From a virus (lineage: Duplodnaviria; Caudoviricetes): 52,339 nucleotides of DNA. A model generated the notes under the pieces. It saw nothing but the letters and a program-made list of their open reading frames with translations. It searched no databases and was not told the origin of the DNA. Below are positions 9,315 through 18,199 of this stretch, in pieces. Both the position numbers and the translations under genes were made by a program. The stretch is from IMG/VR virus record IMGVR_UViG_3300025652_000108, positions 1-52,339 of that record; one strand, written 5' to 3'. Position 1 is the stretch's first letter; the number at the start of each line of letters is the position of its first letter.

Positions 9315-12290
9315 TTAGTTGTGGGCGGCAGCGCTTTCTGAGGTCCTCCCAGTTACTACCTCAAGTTCTGTCGCCCCAGCGATCTCCGGGTGGCGCATGT
9401 TTACCGTGATGCACCACGACTGGACCTTCGCCAAAATTGTACCTTTACCCAGCACCTTCTTGATGCGTGGGTTTGCGACAACCCGATGCTCTTGGCCACG
9501 GGAGTCAAGCGATGGCCGGTTCAGCTCGTCCAGTACGCGGATCACGTTGGCCCCGATCTGCGCGCAGTAGTTTTTGAACGCGGAACGGTTTATGTGCATG
9601 ACGCCATCTGGCTTGTGGTAATGCGCCAGCATGTCCCCTCGGGGTTCACGGCTCAGGTATGGTACCTGCTTCCCGCTCTGCTGCATGTCCTCCGTCACAG
9701 CGATACGCGAGTTGTACCGCTCGATGAAGTCCGTGAGCACAGCAACAGGGTTCGCATACTCGTCACGCACCACACCGCGCATCAGCGGGATTTGCCTATC
9801 AAAAAACCACGCCTCCATGGTCGCTATGTTGAAATCCAGCAGGCCAAGCTCGTTCGCGAGCTCCGTGGCGACCAGTGTGGCCGCTGCCGTGGCCGACCAA
9901 AAGCGCTCGCCCGTCCGAATGTCGGCGCGCTCGTCGACGTATTTCATCTTATCGTGGATGCGGGCCTCGATGGCCGCACGGTTTTTTATGACGTGCTCAA
10001 TAAAAGCAGGTCCCACGTGCCCGTAGTTCTGCTTGAGTGCGCGGAGGTACTCATCCGCCTCGTACTTCTTGTGGATCGTGGTCTGAGGAAATGCGATCTC
10101 GAACACGCGCATAGACCCTGCGGTGCCGGCGGTGTTGTCCGTGGATAGGAGGCCGTGCAAGCTGCTGTTGGCCGTGGAGAGCATGATCGTGGACTTGTAG
10201 CCGTTGGACGTACCCTTGCGCTCCTGACGCTCTTTGCTGAGCCAGATACGCTGCGTGGGCTGGGTGATACCCATGACCATGTCTGCGGCGTGCGTAGGGT
10301 TCATGTGCGTGATCTCATCGACGCATAGAGGTAGGTTGGCCAATGTCGTCATACGCTGCTGCCGTGCGAGGGCGGTTGCGCCCTGATTGGTGCCGTTTAG
10401 CGTGAACTGCTCTGGGTTGCCCCACAGTGCAGCCGCTGTGTAAAGCGTTGTGGACTTGGACGCACCAGCGTCACCACTGGCGTTTACTACCACACCATGC
10501 TGCCCCGTAGCGTAGAACAATGGTGCCGCGAGGCTTGCCGCGACAAAGAACTGGTTCACAACGTAGCCGTCGTGACCGTAGAATTTTAGAAGCTGTGCCT
10601 GCTGACCAGCGTTACCCGCACGCCCCACGGTGTCTCCGGTGCCCCGCGCATTCCGCGATAGCGTGACAGGCTTTCTTGACCCGTCTGACTGGATGATGCC
10701 CTCCGGCAGAATGAACTGCTGGAAGTCTGCGGTCCAGCCGAGGTGGTCGCATTGCGCTTCCGCGTCGGCCAGCTTCTGGAGTTCTTTGATGTAAGCAACC
10801 ATGTAATCCTGTAGCCTCTTGACGTTGGCGGGGTGTGGATAGACCCCTGCGTTGGCGAGCACGCCGGTCAGTGTGCGCATGTCGTAGAGGGCTGAGCCGT
10901 CTACCGTGAATTCGGTGGCACCTACACGTGGTAGCACAGCGCACCAGACTTGCTGCTCCCGCTCCTCGGTGACATTTACGATCCGCGAGATGGGATACAA
11001 GTCGACCTCGAGCACGGTGTCCTGCGTTTCAACACCTTCCTCGTCGCGGCTAACCCTCACAACACCACCGGTTTTCAGACGCAGGTAGGGCTGCGGTGCA
11101 TCGGGTATCTTGCGCTCGATCATCTCATCACCGACAGCAACCGCAACCGTCGGTGCCTCGGCTTTATCGCGGTAGCGTGCAGCGACAACCGGGGACTTGA
11201 CCTTATCCTTGAACGCGCACCCAGCACACAGATCGCCGCCTTCGCTCACCTCAGCGAGCTTGGCACACGTCGTTGGCCCGAGGCTCTGGCTTTCCAGCTG
11301 GTGGAGTTTATCCTCGGTCTGGTCGTAATCGTAGCTGGGGTGGCCACTTGAAATCTTATGGGCCGCGGCACGGCCGTTCGCAGCAAACCGCACTAGGTTC
11401 AGCGAGTGGTACCACTCAGGCTCCGCGACATTCCCTTTCAAAGTAGCAAGGCGGCGGACCTGCGCACATGCCGAGATCATAGCCCTCATGGTGACCGGCG
11501 GACCAGTGAACTCGTTGACAAGGTTGTTCTCAAACCCGAATTCTTTACCGAGGTCGACCGGCGGACGCAGGCGCGTGGTCACAAGGCTGATCTCGTGGTC
11601 GTCTATGATCTGATCGAGCAACGCGCCGAACGCGGCAGGCTCTAGCGGTGCGGGCGACGACAGAACCTTTACCGGACGCGGTGTACTTGTCTTGTGGTTG
11701 AACGTGCCCGCCACACGCAAAACACTGGCCGTGTCCGTAGTACGTGCAGGGTCAAACCTTAGATCAAAATGTGACGCGATAGCCTTTAGTTTTGCGGCTT
11801 CGACCAGCCAGTCGCTGGTGTCGATGTCGTCGGTGAGGACCCAGTACACGTGGAGGCCGCCACCGGAGGACGTAATCAAGGGCTTTGGTAAGCCCGTGCT
11901 CTGGCAGAAGCTACGTAGCGACGTCACTGCCTCGTCACGGCTACCGTAGTGGCGCGGGTCGTCGGGCTTCACGTCGAGATCAAAGAAAAACGCTTTCGCA
12001 GCCAGCATGTTAGTTTGTACACGTACTTCATACTTCCCGAGCTCACCCGTGCGTGGGTTGGTCTTGTCGGGGTTCCAAACCTTTGGCTGCTTGAGAGAGT
12101 GGACACCGTAAAATACATCTTTGGTGTCGGCGATCTGGCTCACATACTCAGCGGCGTCCTCGATGCTATCAAAGACTTTTTGCGCGTACGTGGTAATTTT
12201 TGTGCCGGGAATTGTGAAGGGCGTGGCGATGACGTAGTGGCCGCGGGTCGGCCAGATGTGAGATAGGAAATCGGCTGATGTCATGTGCAC
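9315..12290 (-). CDS. DNA primase-helicase (RepB/AEP-like primase plus DUF927 helicase)
   Basis: FFFDLD and SSGGGLHVYW primase motifs, LRVAGTFN, Cys cluster (PTTC...C..C), Walker A-like SGDAGASKST and Walker B LCVDE. Confidence 0.85.
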   Translation of the reverse strand: MHMTSADFLSHIWPTRGHYVIATPFTIPGTKITTYAQKVFDSIEDAAEYVSQIADTKDVFYGVHSLKQPKVWNPDKTNPRTGELGKYEVRVQTNMLAAKAFFFDLDVKPDDPRHYGSRDEAVTSLRSFCQSTGLPKPLITSSGGGLHVYWVLTDDIDTSDWLVEAAKLKAIASHFDLRFDPARTTDTASVLRVAGTFNHKTSTPRPVKVLSSPAPLEPAAFGALLDQIIDDHEISLVTTRLRPPVDLGKEFGFENNLVNEFTGPPVTMRAMISACAQVRRLATLKGNVAEPEWYHSLNLVRFAANGRAAAHKISSGHPSYDYDQTEDKLHQLESQSLGPTTCAKLAEVSEGGDLCAGCAFKDKVKSPVVAARYRDKAEAPTVAVAVGDEMIERKIPDAPQPYLRLKTGGVVRVSRDEEGVETQDTVLEVDLYPISRIVNVTEEREQQVWCAVLPRVGATEFTVDGSALYDMRTLTGVLANAGVYPHPANVKRLQDYMVAYIKELQKLADAEAQCDHLGWTADFQQFILPEGIIQSDGSRKPVTLSRNARGTGDTVGRAGNAGQQAQLLKFYGHDGYVVNQFFVAASLAAPLFYATGQHGVVVNASGDAGASKSTTLYTAAALWGNPEQFTLNGTNQGATALARQQRMTTLANLPLCVDEITHMNPTHAADMVMGITQPTQRIWLSKERQERKGTSNGYKSTIMLSTANSSLHGLLSTDNTAGTAGSMRVFEIAFPQTTIHKKYEADEYLRALKQNYGHVGPAFIEHVIKNRAAIEARIHDKMKYVDERADIRTGERFWSATAAATLVATELANELGLLDFNIATMEAWFFDRQIPLMRGVVRDEYANPVAVLTDFIERYNSRIAVTEDMQQSGKQVPYLSREPRGDMLAHYHKPDGVMHINRSAFKNYCAQIGANVIRVLDELNRPSLDSRGQEHRVVANPRIKKVLGKGTILAKVQSWCITVNMRHPEIAGATELEVVTGRTSESAAAHN

Positions 12291-12378
12291 GCTCGCTTAT
12301 TTTATGCGGATGGATATGGTGGTGATGCCCCACTCATGGGACATCACCGTAGCACAGGTCTAGGCATTTGTGGAGATG

Positions 12379-13323
12379 TTAGTCGTCGCTCCACTCGTCG
12401 AGCAGTGCCTCAACGTCGTCCGGTATTGCCGCAGCAGGTGCCGGCGTGGGTGCCGCAGCCTTGGGTGCCGCAGCCTTGGGTGCCGCAGCAGGTGCAGGTG
12501 CAGGTGCCGGAGCCGGAGCCGGAGCCGGAGCCGTAGACACGCCGTCAACGCCGTTCGGTGTGTATTCCCCGCCCAGTAGCGCCTTGACCTCGTCAGAGCC
12601 AACCGCAGGCTTAATGACTGCAACCTCGTCCGCACTGAGCCAGCGGTCTGGGGAGAAAAACAGCTTCGGGTACGCCACGTTGTTGTCGAACTTGATCTTG
12701 GTCACCACGAGTGCCGAGTGGCTCAGACCGTTGGACGCCAAATGGTCGCGGTAGTTGGAGAACGCCAACCAACCTTTTTTACCGTCTTCACCCTTCGCAC
12801 CGTCTGCGTCCCAGTCACTGGTGATCGCGATCTTGAGGCGCAGTGGTACGCTGTCCAACTTACCTGCAGGGACCACAGCCAGCATACGGTGCTGCGAGCA
12901 GGCAGCGATGGCCTTACCTTGCTCTGTGATCTTCGAGCCCTTGGCAGACATCGGGCACGCCTTGCAGCCACCGCACTGCGGCTCAGCGACACTGGCGTGA
13001 GGCTTCTGACCGTCGTCGGACCAGCACTTCGGTGCAGCGATCTTGTTCGGGTCATACGCACCCTCGTAGTACGTGCGTCCGCGTGTTTTTGCCGCGTCAA
13101 GAATTACCACACGCATCGTCGACAGCGGTTCCTCGTCTCCGTCTTCGTTTACACGCGTCAGACTGCGCCGTTCGCCGTCGATACGCACGGACCAGACTTT
13201 ACCCTCGTAGGTCAGTGAGTTTACACTGGACCGCTTCTCGAGGTTGTTTTCGCCAAATGCCTCCTGCAGGTGGGCTGGTACCTGTAGATTACCGGACTCA
13301 AAAATTGAAATCTCATTACTCAT
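12379..13323 (-). CDS. Putative ssDNA-binding/annealing protein
   Basis: Start refined to MSNEIS (AAGGAG RBS); P.CWS.DG..P and C..CP motifs, Pro/Ala linker, acidic tail LLDEWSDD; next to primase. Confidence 0.6.
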   Translation of the reverse strand: MSNEISIFESGNLQVPAHLQEAFGENNLEKRSSVNSLTYEGKVWSVRIDGERRSLTRVNEDGDEEPLSTMRVVILDAAKTRGRTYYEGAYDPNKIAAPKCWSDDGQKPHASVAEPQCGGCKACPMSAKGSKITEQGKAIAACSQHRMLAVVPAGKLDSVPLRLKIAITSDWDADGAKGEDGKKGWLAFSNYRDHLASNGLSHSALVVTKIKFDNNVAYPKLFFSPDRWLSADEVAVIKPAVGSDEVKALLGGEYTPNGVDGVSTAPAPAPAPAPAPAPAAAPKAAAPKAAAPTPAPAAAIPDDVEALLDEWSDD

Positions 13324-13339
13324 TGTCGTCTCCTTGGGG

Positions 13340-13723
13340 TTATGCGCGACGTACGCGAGCCACGTACTCACGGTGAACAGAGATGCCCGGTGGTACCTGA
13401 CCCTCGTTGGCGTCCATGTATTCTTTTACGAAACCTTTTTTGACGCGCCGCTCGAGCGCCTCGAAAGTATCGTTCTCTTTGATCCAGCGATACAACGCAT
13501 CCCAGTCGGACGCGCTCGGAAACATATTCTCTTGACGGTAGAACGTACCGGACGCCGTCCGGACACTCTCGGTGCCTGACTCCTGCATGAAGCGCAGCAT
13601 CTCGACCTCGAGCCGCTCCTGCTTTTCCTTGAGTGCACCGTCCGCCTCGTTGAACTCATCGGCGAGCGCCTTGCGTGCCGCGCGCAGCTTGACGTAGGCG
13701 TTAGTTAGCTTCTCCGCATCCAT
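13340..13723 (-). CDS. Conserved phage replication-module protein
   Basis: N-terminal coiled coil; SVRT..GT, DWD and PPG motifs typical of the gene between SNF2 helicase and SSB. Confidence 0.6.
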   Translation of the reverse strand: MDAEKLTNAYVKLRAARKALADEFNEADGALKEKQERLEVEMLRFMQESGTESVRTASGTFYRQENMFPSASDWDALYRWIKENDTFEALERRVKKGFVKEYMDANEGQVPPGISVHREYVARVRRA

Positions 13724-13726
13724 CTG

Positions 13727-15286
13727 TTATACCTCATTGCTTGTGATCGACTCGTATAAGTCTAAGATGTTATCCTGTGTATCCTTCTTCTTGTCAACCA
13801 TATTATATATCTTCCATTCGAGCTCGTGTGCGCCGATGCGTACGATCGTCATTTTGCGGGTCTGACCTGAGCGGTTGAAGCGCTCCGTCACCTGCTGGAA
13901 CTCGTCGTTGGAGTAGATCGGGGCATAGAAAATGAGTGTGTCGGCCTCAGTCAGGTTGAGGCCGTGGGCCATGACCTTCGGGTGGCAGAGCAACAAGTGC
14001 GGGTCCGCAGTCGTTTTGAAGTTACGGATGATCTCGTCGCGTCGCTTGGCGGGGACATCGCCATTGAGCACGCCCACGCTATAGTCTTTGGCTAGGTGCT
14101 TCTCCAGTGACTTGATGATGCCTTTGAAGGGTACCACAACCAACACCTTCGCAGAGGCCCCTTGGATACACTGTCGCAGCGCGTCCAACCGTGGGCCGTA
14201 CGGTAGCTCGAGGTAATTGCCGGTCTCTGTGTCCCGCACCGACCCGCAAAGTATCTGGCGGATTTTGTTGATCTTGTCGGCTGCGTTGGCCGCAGTGATC
14301 TTGGTGGATGCCGCCTCCGCTAACATATGACGGCGCATATTTTCCAGTGCCCGTTTCTGGTCTGGTGTCGGAGCCGCGGTCAGGTCGGTAACAGTGACGG
14401 GTGGCAGGTCGAGGCAATCTTTCTTCTTGAACCGCACCGCAGGCTGCAACGCCTTAAACGCCATCTCGTGGGCATCAGGCCGCGCTTCCCAGCGGTAAGG
14501 TCCGTACTGCACCATCGTCTGCCGTTTGAATTGGCCAAAAAACTGCGGGACTGTGGTCGGCTCCACCAATCGCGCCAGCGCCCATGCGTCGGTCGGTGCG
14601 TTTGGACACGGGGTTCCAGTGAGCAGCCAGCGCCGCCGCTTGCCGAGAATGCTGTGCAGCGCCTTGTACTTCTTCGTCTGCGCGTTGCGGAACATGCTGG
14701 CTTCGTCGACGACGATCACGTCAATGTCGGGATGGCTCCGGATGGCGTCGTTCACGTCGCTTATGACCACACCATCGTGGTTGAGGATATAAAAATCCAC
14801 GTCAGCTTTTAATGCGGCGAGTCGTTTCTCACGTGTACCATGGACGATGATGCACCGGCGGTGCATCAGAACGTCGAATATGTCGTTCGCCCAGACGCGG
14901 TCGAGCGTGGACAACGGTGACAAGATCAAGACCTTACGCACTGCACCGATTGACATGAGGTAGTCCGCGGCCCAGAGGGTCGCAGCTGATTTACCGACAC
15001 CCATCTCAGACAGGTTGAACGCGGCGTGCTGCATTGTCAGGAATTCAGCCATGTCGCGCTGGTGGTTGAACGGCTTGTACTTTCCCGGCCAGTCGTAGCG
15101 GCTGTGGATCGGTGCTGGTGCGTCGATGCCAAGGGATCGTAATGCACGCGTATTATTTTCGTCGTGCTTTACAGCGATGTTGTAAGTGCCGTGGGGTATC
15201 AGCTTCGCGTTGCTGACTGCGTGCTGTACTGCGGTCACGTCGTCTACCGCCAGCACCAGACTATTCGTCCGCGGGTGTACTATCAT
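13727..15286 (-). CDS. SNF2-family (SF2) helicase
   Basis: EMGVGKS Walker A, VVDEAS Walker B, LLTGTP, HGLNLT and Q...R..RSGQ motifs. Confidence 0.9.
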   Translation of the reverse strand: MIVHPRTNSLVLAVDDVTAVQHAVSNAKLIPHGTYNIAVKHDENNTRALRSLGIDAPAPIHSRYDWPGKYKPFNHQRDMAEFLTMQHAAFNLSEMGVGKSAATLWAADYLMSIGAVRKVLILSPLSTLDRVWANDIFDVLMHRRCIIVHGTREKRLAALKADVDFYILNHDGVVISDVNDAIRSHPDIDVIVVDEASMFRNAQTKKYKALHSILGKRRRWLLTGTPCPNAPTDAWALARLVEPTTVPQFFGQFKRQTMVQYGPYRWEARPDAHEMAFKALQPAVRFKKKDCLDLPPVTVTDLTAAPTPDQKRALENMRRHMLAEAASTKITAANAADKINKIRQILCGSVRDTETGNYLELPYGPRLDALRQCIQGASAKVLVVVPFKGIIKSLEKHLAKDYSVGVLNGDVPAKRRDEIIRNFKTTADPHLLLCHPKVMAHGLNLTEADTLIFYAPIYSNDEFQQVTERFNRSGQTRKMTIVRIGAHELEWKIYNMVDKKKDTQDNILDLYESITSNEV

Positions 15287-15330
15287 TGTCTATCCGTTTT
15301 ACAGTTGCTCAAGGTGTTTTACAGTACGGC

Positions 15331-15525
15331 TCAGTGCACATAGGTACTAGGCGATACACCGTAGAGCATACGCTCAATCTCGGCATCGCGCAAGTATAAA
15401 TCCCTTACACAATGATTACATATGTAATTACCTGTTATACTTGAACCGATTAGCCGATTGAGGTCGTGCGGTGGTGTGCCGCAGAACTCGCAGACGGGCA
15501 AATCATCCTCCTCTTCGTCCGTCAT
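15331..15525 (-). CDS. Stand-alone ClpX C4-type zinc-finger protein
   Basis: CEFCG.......LI......YICNHCV matches the ClpX N-terminal zinc-binding domain pattern. Confidence 0.65.
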   Translation of the reverse strand: MTDEEEDDLPVCEFCGTPPHDLNRLIGSSITGNYICNHCVRDLYLRDAEIERMLYGVSPSTYVH

Positions 15526-15914
15526 GGTAGCTCTTGAGTCATCACGCGCATACAGTCGATCAGCAACGCGCCAGCTTCATCCGGTGGTACCTGCTTCTTG
15601 CTCACGTAGTCCACCGACTGGTCAAACGCCTCGAGCCACTGACGTAAAACGTCAACACGTTCCTCGTTGACGACGAAACCAAAGCAGCCTTCGGTCTGAA
15701 TTGAAGTAAGGAACGCGATCTGGTTCGCGGTGGGTTTGTTCTTGTTGGCCTTGGTCTCCACACCCAGAAACACACCGGCCTTTACGGCGCAGAAATCAGA
15801 CACGCCGGACTTCCCGTAGCCGTTGGCAGCGGGCATCCACCAGAACCAATTGTGTTTGTTGAGTAGGTTCTTCACCTGACGCTTGACGTCTTTCTCTGTC
15901 GTAAACTTCGCCAT
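15522..15914 (-). CDS. VRR-NUC nuclease (Holliday junction resolvase-like)
   Basis: EKDVK...GYGKSGVSDF...GVETKA...PT..Q motifs. Confidence 0.8.
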   Translation of the reverse strand: MAKFTTEKDVKRQVKNLLNKHNWFWWMPAANGYGKSGVSDFCAVKAGVFLGVETKANKNKPTANQIAFLTSIQTEGCFGFVVNEERVDVLRQWLEAFDQSVDYVSKKQVPPDEAGALLIDCMRVMTQELP

Positions 15915-16582
15915 TATTTCTTCCTCTTCGGCTTCCAGAATTCACAGCTGGTCACAGGGCACCAACCATTGCACAGCCCACTGGGGCGGGGCTGCCAGAT
16001 GTCCTGCTTAAACGCTTGGACGTACTGTTTTAGATCAGGTGCGAACTTACCCCACATGCGAGGTATCTGACTTCTGTCGTAAGTCTCCTCGGTCGTAGAC
16101 TTTGTTTTTGTCCAGTAGAATTGTGCCGTGACGTAATTTACCTGTGGGAACTCGATGAACGTGTGCAGTGCAAACAGCTGGAGCTGCTCGAACTTGCTGT
16201 GGGGCTTACCTGTCTTGTAGTCCACCAGCAGTGCGGAGTCGTCGTGCACCAGTGAGAAGTCGATGATCCCGCGCATCCAGACGGTCTTGTCAAAAAAGCT
16301 GCACGGCTGTCGCTGGGTGTTCAAGGCGATCCGACGCTCCGTGTACTTCTCGCCCTCGTAGTCGTCGAGCTCACGCATGAGTGGTTCGTGTTCCTCGAGA
16401 TAGTCCGGTAGCGGCGTGCCGTCCTTCTGCCGGAGCTCAAAGCATTTGTGAACTTTGTTGCCCCAGATCATGGCGTCTGATGGTTGCTCCTGCACCGTCT
16501 TGGCCACGCGCTTGGCGTGGAATGCCTTCGGGCAGTTCTTGAAGTCGTCGAGGGAGCTGTAGCTCCAAGCCATGGGTTTCAT
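15914..16582 (-). CDS. PD-(D/E)XK (Cas4/RecB-like) exonuclease
   Basis: WSYSSL..F..CP, RGIID, VDYKTG, QLQLFA, C-terminal C..WCP...C. Confidence 0.85.
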   Translation of the reverse strand: MKPMAWSYSSLDDFKNCPKAFHAKRVAKTVQEQPSDAMIWGNKVHKCFELRQKDGTPLPDYLEEHEPLMRELDDYEGEKYTERRIALNTQRQPCSFFDKTVWMRGIIDFSLVHDDSALLVDYKTGKPHSKFEQLQLFALHTFIEFPQVNYVTAQFYWTKTKSTTEETYDRSQIPRMWGKFAPDLKQYVQAFKQDIWQPRPSGLCNGWCPVTSCEFWKPKRKK

Positions 16583-16594
16583 GGTGTGTCCTTA

Positions 16595-17206
16595 TTATTT
16601 CACGAACGCGCCGATGCGCCCGTGGATGTCGGGATGGTGCCGGTAGGTGTAGCCGCGCGGAGGTGTGGTATCCTCACCTACCCACACGGGGATGAAGTGC
16701 TTGATGTCGTCATTGAAGTCAGGGTTCTCACGCAGGTGCACCTCAATGAGCTTATCGCCGATGAACTCGCAGTTCATTTTTGGGTGACGCGTCACGAAAT
16801 CCCAAAGGAACGACGGGAGCTTTATCTGGTGGTCCATTACGCGCCACTCGCGCCAGCGAGTGAAGGTATCTGGGTCCTTGATCCCTTCGGTGCAGCGCAC
16901 CTGTTGCCCGATATAGTAGTCCACGCTGTAGTGGGTGCCCTCGAAGAACTCACACCAGAAGTGCCCCACTGGTAGATCGTCGGTGCTTTTGTCCAGTGTC
17001 GCCTTGTGTGCCCCGAGGCCAAGGCCCAGCGCGTTCACGCAGGGCCTCACGATATAATCACCGGCCGTCGGTACATCCATCCCTACCGGCCCGCACGTGT
17101 AACGCATGTACCGGCTAAGAATGAGCTTATCCATAACCCACAGGTCTCCGGGCGACGCGGTCTGCCACACGCGCTCCTCCGCGCAACTGACGAGGCTCAC
17201 GTTCAA
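16595..17206 (-). CDS. Hypothetical protein, possibly ATP-grasp-like
   Basis: YIVRP...GLG, EFFEG.HYSVD and EFIGDKLIEVHLR resemble ATP-grasp motifs in order; translationally coupled to the upstream gene. Confidence 0.45.
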   Translation of the reverse strand: MNVSLVSCAEERVWQTASPGDLWVMDKLILSRYMRYTCGPVGMDVPTAGDYIVRPCVNALGLGLGAHKATLDKSTDDLPVGHFWCEFFEGTHYSVDYYIGQQVRCTEGIKDPDTFTRWREWRVMDHQIKLPSFLWDFVTRHPKMNCEFIGDKLIEVHLRENPDFNDDIKHFIPVWVGEDTTPPRGYTYRHHPDIHGRIGAFVK

Positions 17207-17742
17207 ACCTCTAAGTTGAGATGTGCGAGTATCTTCTGGAGGTGCATCGCCTGACTGATCGCATCATCCACCGCAGCGTGGTAAGTACCAACGCGTTCCA
17301 ACTTAATACTAGGGGCGAGGCTCTTGACGGTGCGGTAGCAGCGATCGTGCCAGAACGCCCACGGTGTTTCCATGTTGGCCTTCTCAAAATAGGCTTTCAG
17401 CAACTCGTTGTCGAACGCGGCGCTATTTCCCCACACAGGCAACGAGTCAAAGCCGAACCAAGTGCGGAAGTGGTCGAGCGCCGTCCCGACGTCTAACCAG
17501 TTGTCTTTGTTTTTTAACAGCTGTGCACGGGCCTCGGCTCGCTCTGGGTGGAGCCACCATCCGATGGTACTCGCGCTCATCTCGAACCCTGCTTTTTCTG
17601 AGTTCACGGGGTCGATAAAGATTTCGATCGAGTCCTCGATACCGGTCTTCGCGGGGTCGAATTTGACCGCACCGATGGACAAAATAATCGAGCCTTTGTC
17701 AGTCCCAAGGGTCTCTAGATCGAGCATTATGTGTGTGGGCAT
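17203..17742 (-). CDS. DEDDh 3'-5' exonuclease (DUF5051/Rv2179c-like)
   Basis: HIMLDLETLG, WGNSAAFD, RCYRT and H.A.DDA motifs. Confidence 0.85.
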   Translation of the reverse strand: MPTHIMLDLETLGTDKGSIILSIGAVKFDPAKTGIEDSIEIFIDPVNSEKAGFEMSASTIGWWLHPERAEARAQLLKNKDNWLDVGTALDHFRTWFGFDSLPVWGNSAAFDNELLKAYFEKANMETPWAFWHDRCYRTVKSLAPSIKLERVGTYHAAVDDAISQAMHLQKILAHLNLEV

Positions 17743-17751
17743 TTGTTCCTC

Positions 17752-18027
17752 CTATACCATACTACCGTCAGGTTTGCGTTTATAGCTGCGGTTCTTCGAC
17801 GGCGAAGTCGCCTCAGCATTTTTGGTGGTGTTGCTGCCACCCTTTGACAGGGGCTTCTTGTGGTTCACATCTTGTCCGGGTTTTACCATGCCCATCTTGA
17901 GCATCTCGCGCCGCAACCGCATCCGCTTGGCACCTCCGGAATTGCTACCTGTACCTTGCTCACCCCGATCTTTAGACGTGGCGTACTCCTGCGCGTAGTC
18001 GCGCTCATAGTTCTTGCTACTTGGCAT
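17752..18027 (-). CDS. HNH-like endonuclease
   Basis: Start refined to MPSSKNYERDY; DV.HKKPLSKGGSN...S...NRS motif. Confidence 0.6.
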   Translation of the reverse strand: MPSSKNYERDYAQEYATSKDRGEQGTGSNSGGAKRMRLRREMLKMGMVKPGQDVNHKKPLSKGGSNTTKNAEATSPSKNRSYKRKPDGSMV

Positions 18028-18199
18028 CCTGAGTCTCCTTGCGTAACACGTAGCCCATGCGCTTAAATGTATCCGCGTCAAATTTCTCGCTGAACTCAGC
18101 ATTGGGCCCTTGAAGCCTAATCATACCAGTTTTCTTGTCGTACCGCACCACCTCGTAGGAACGGCCAGTCCGTTTGTTATGCAGTATCAGCTTATCCAA
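18017..18199 (-). CDS. Hypothetical protein
   Basis: 60-aa ORF overlapping both neighbours. Confidence 0.5.
   Translation of the reverse strand: MDKLILHNKRTGRSYEVVRYDKKTGMIRLQGPNAEFSEKFDADTFKRMGYVLRKETQDAK

Noticed and set aside
12437-12531. PA/PKAAA repeat as a separate element
   Set aside because: Ordinary flexible linker before the acidic tail of the SSB-like protein.
9390-14812. Long plus-strand ORFs antisense to replication genes
   Set aside because: Shadow frames expected in GC-rich coding DNA; no motifs.
15914-16582. Cas4 as part of a CRISPR system
   Set aside because: Stand-alone PD-(D/E)XK exonucleases are routine in this type of replication module; no other cas genes.
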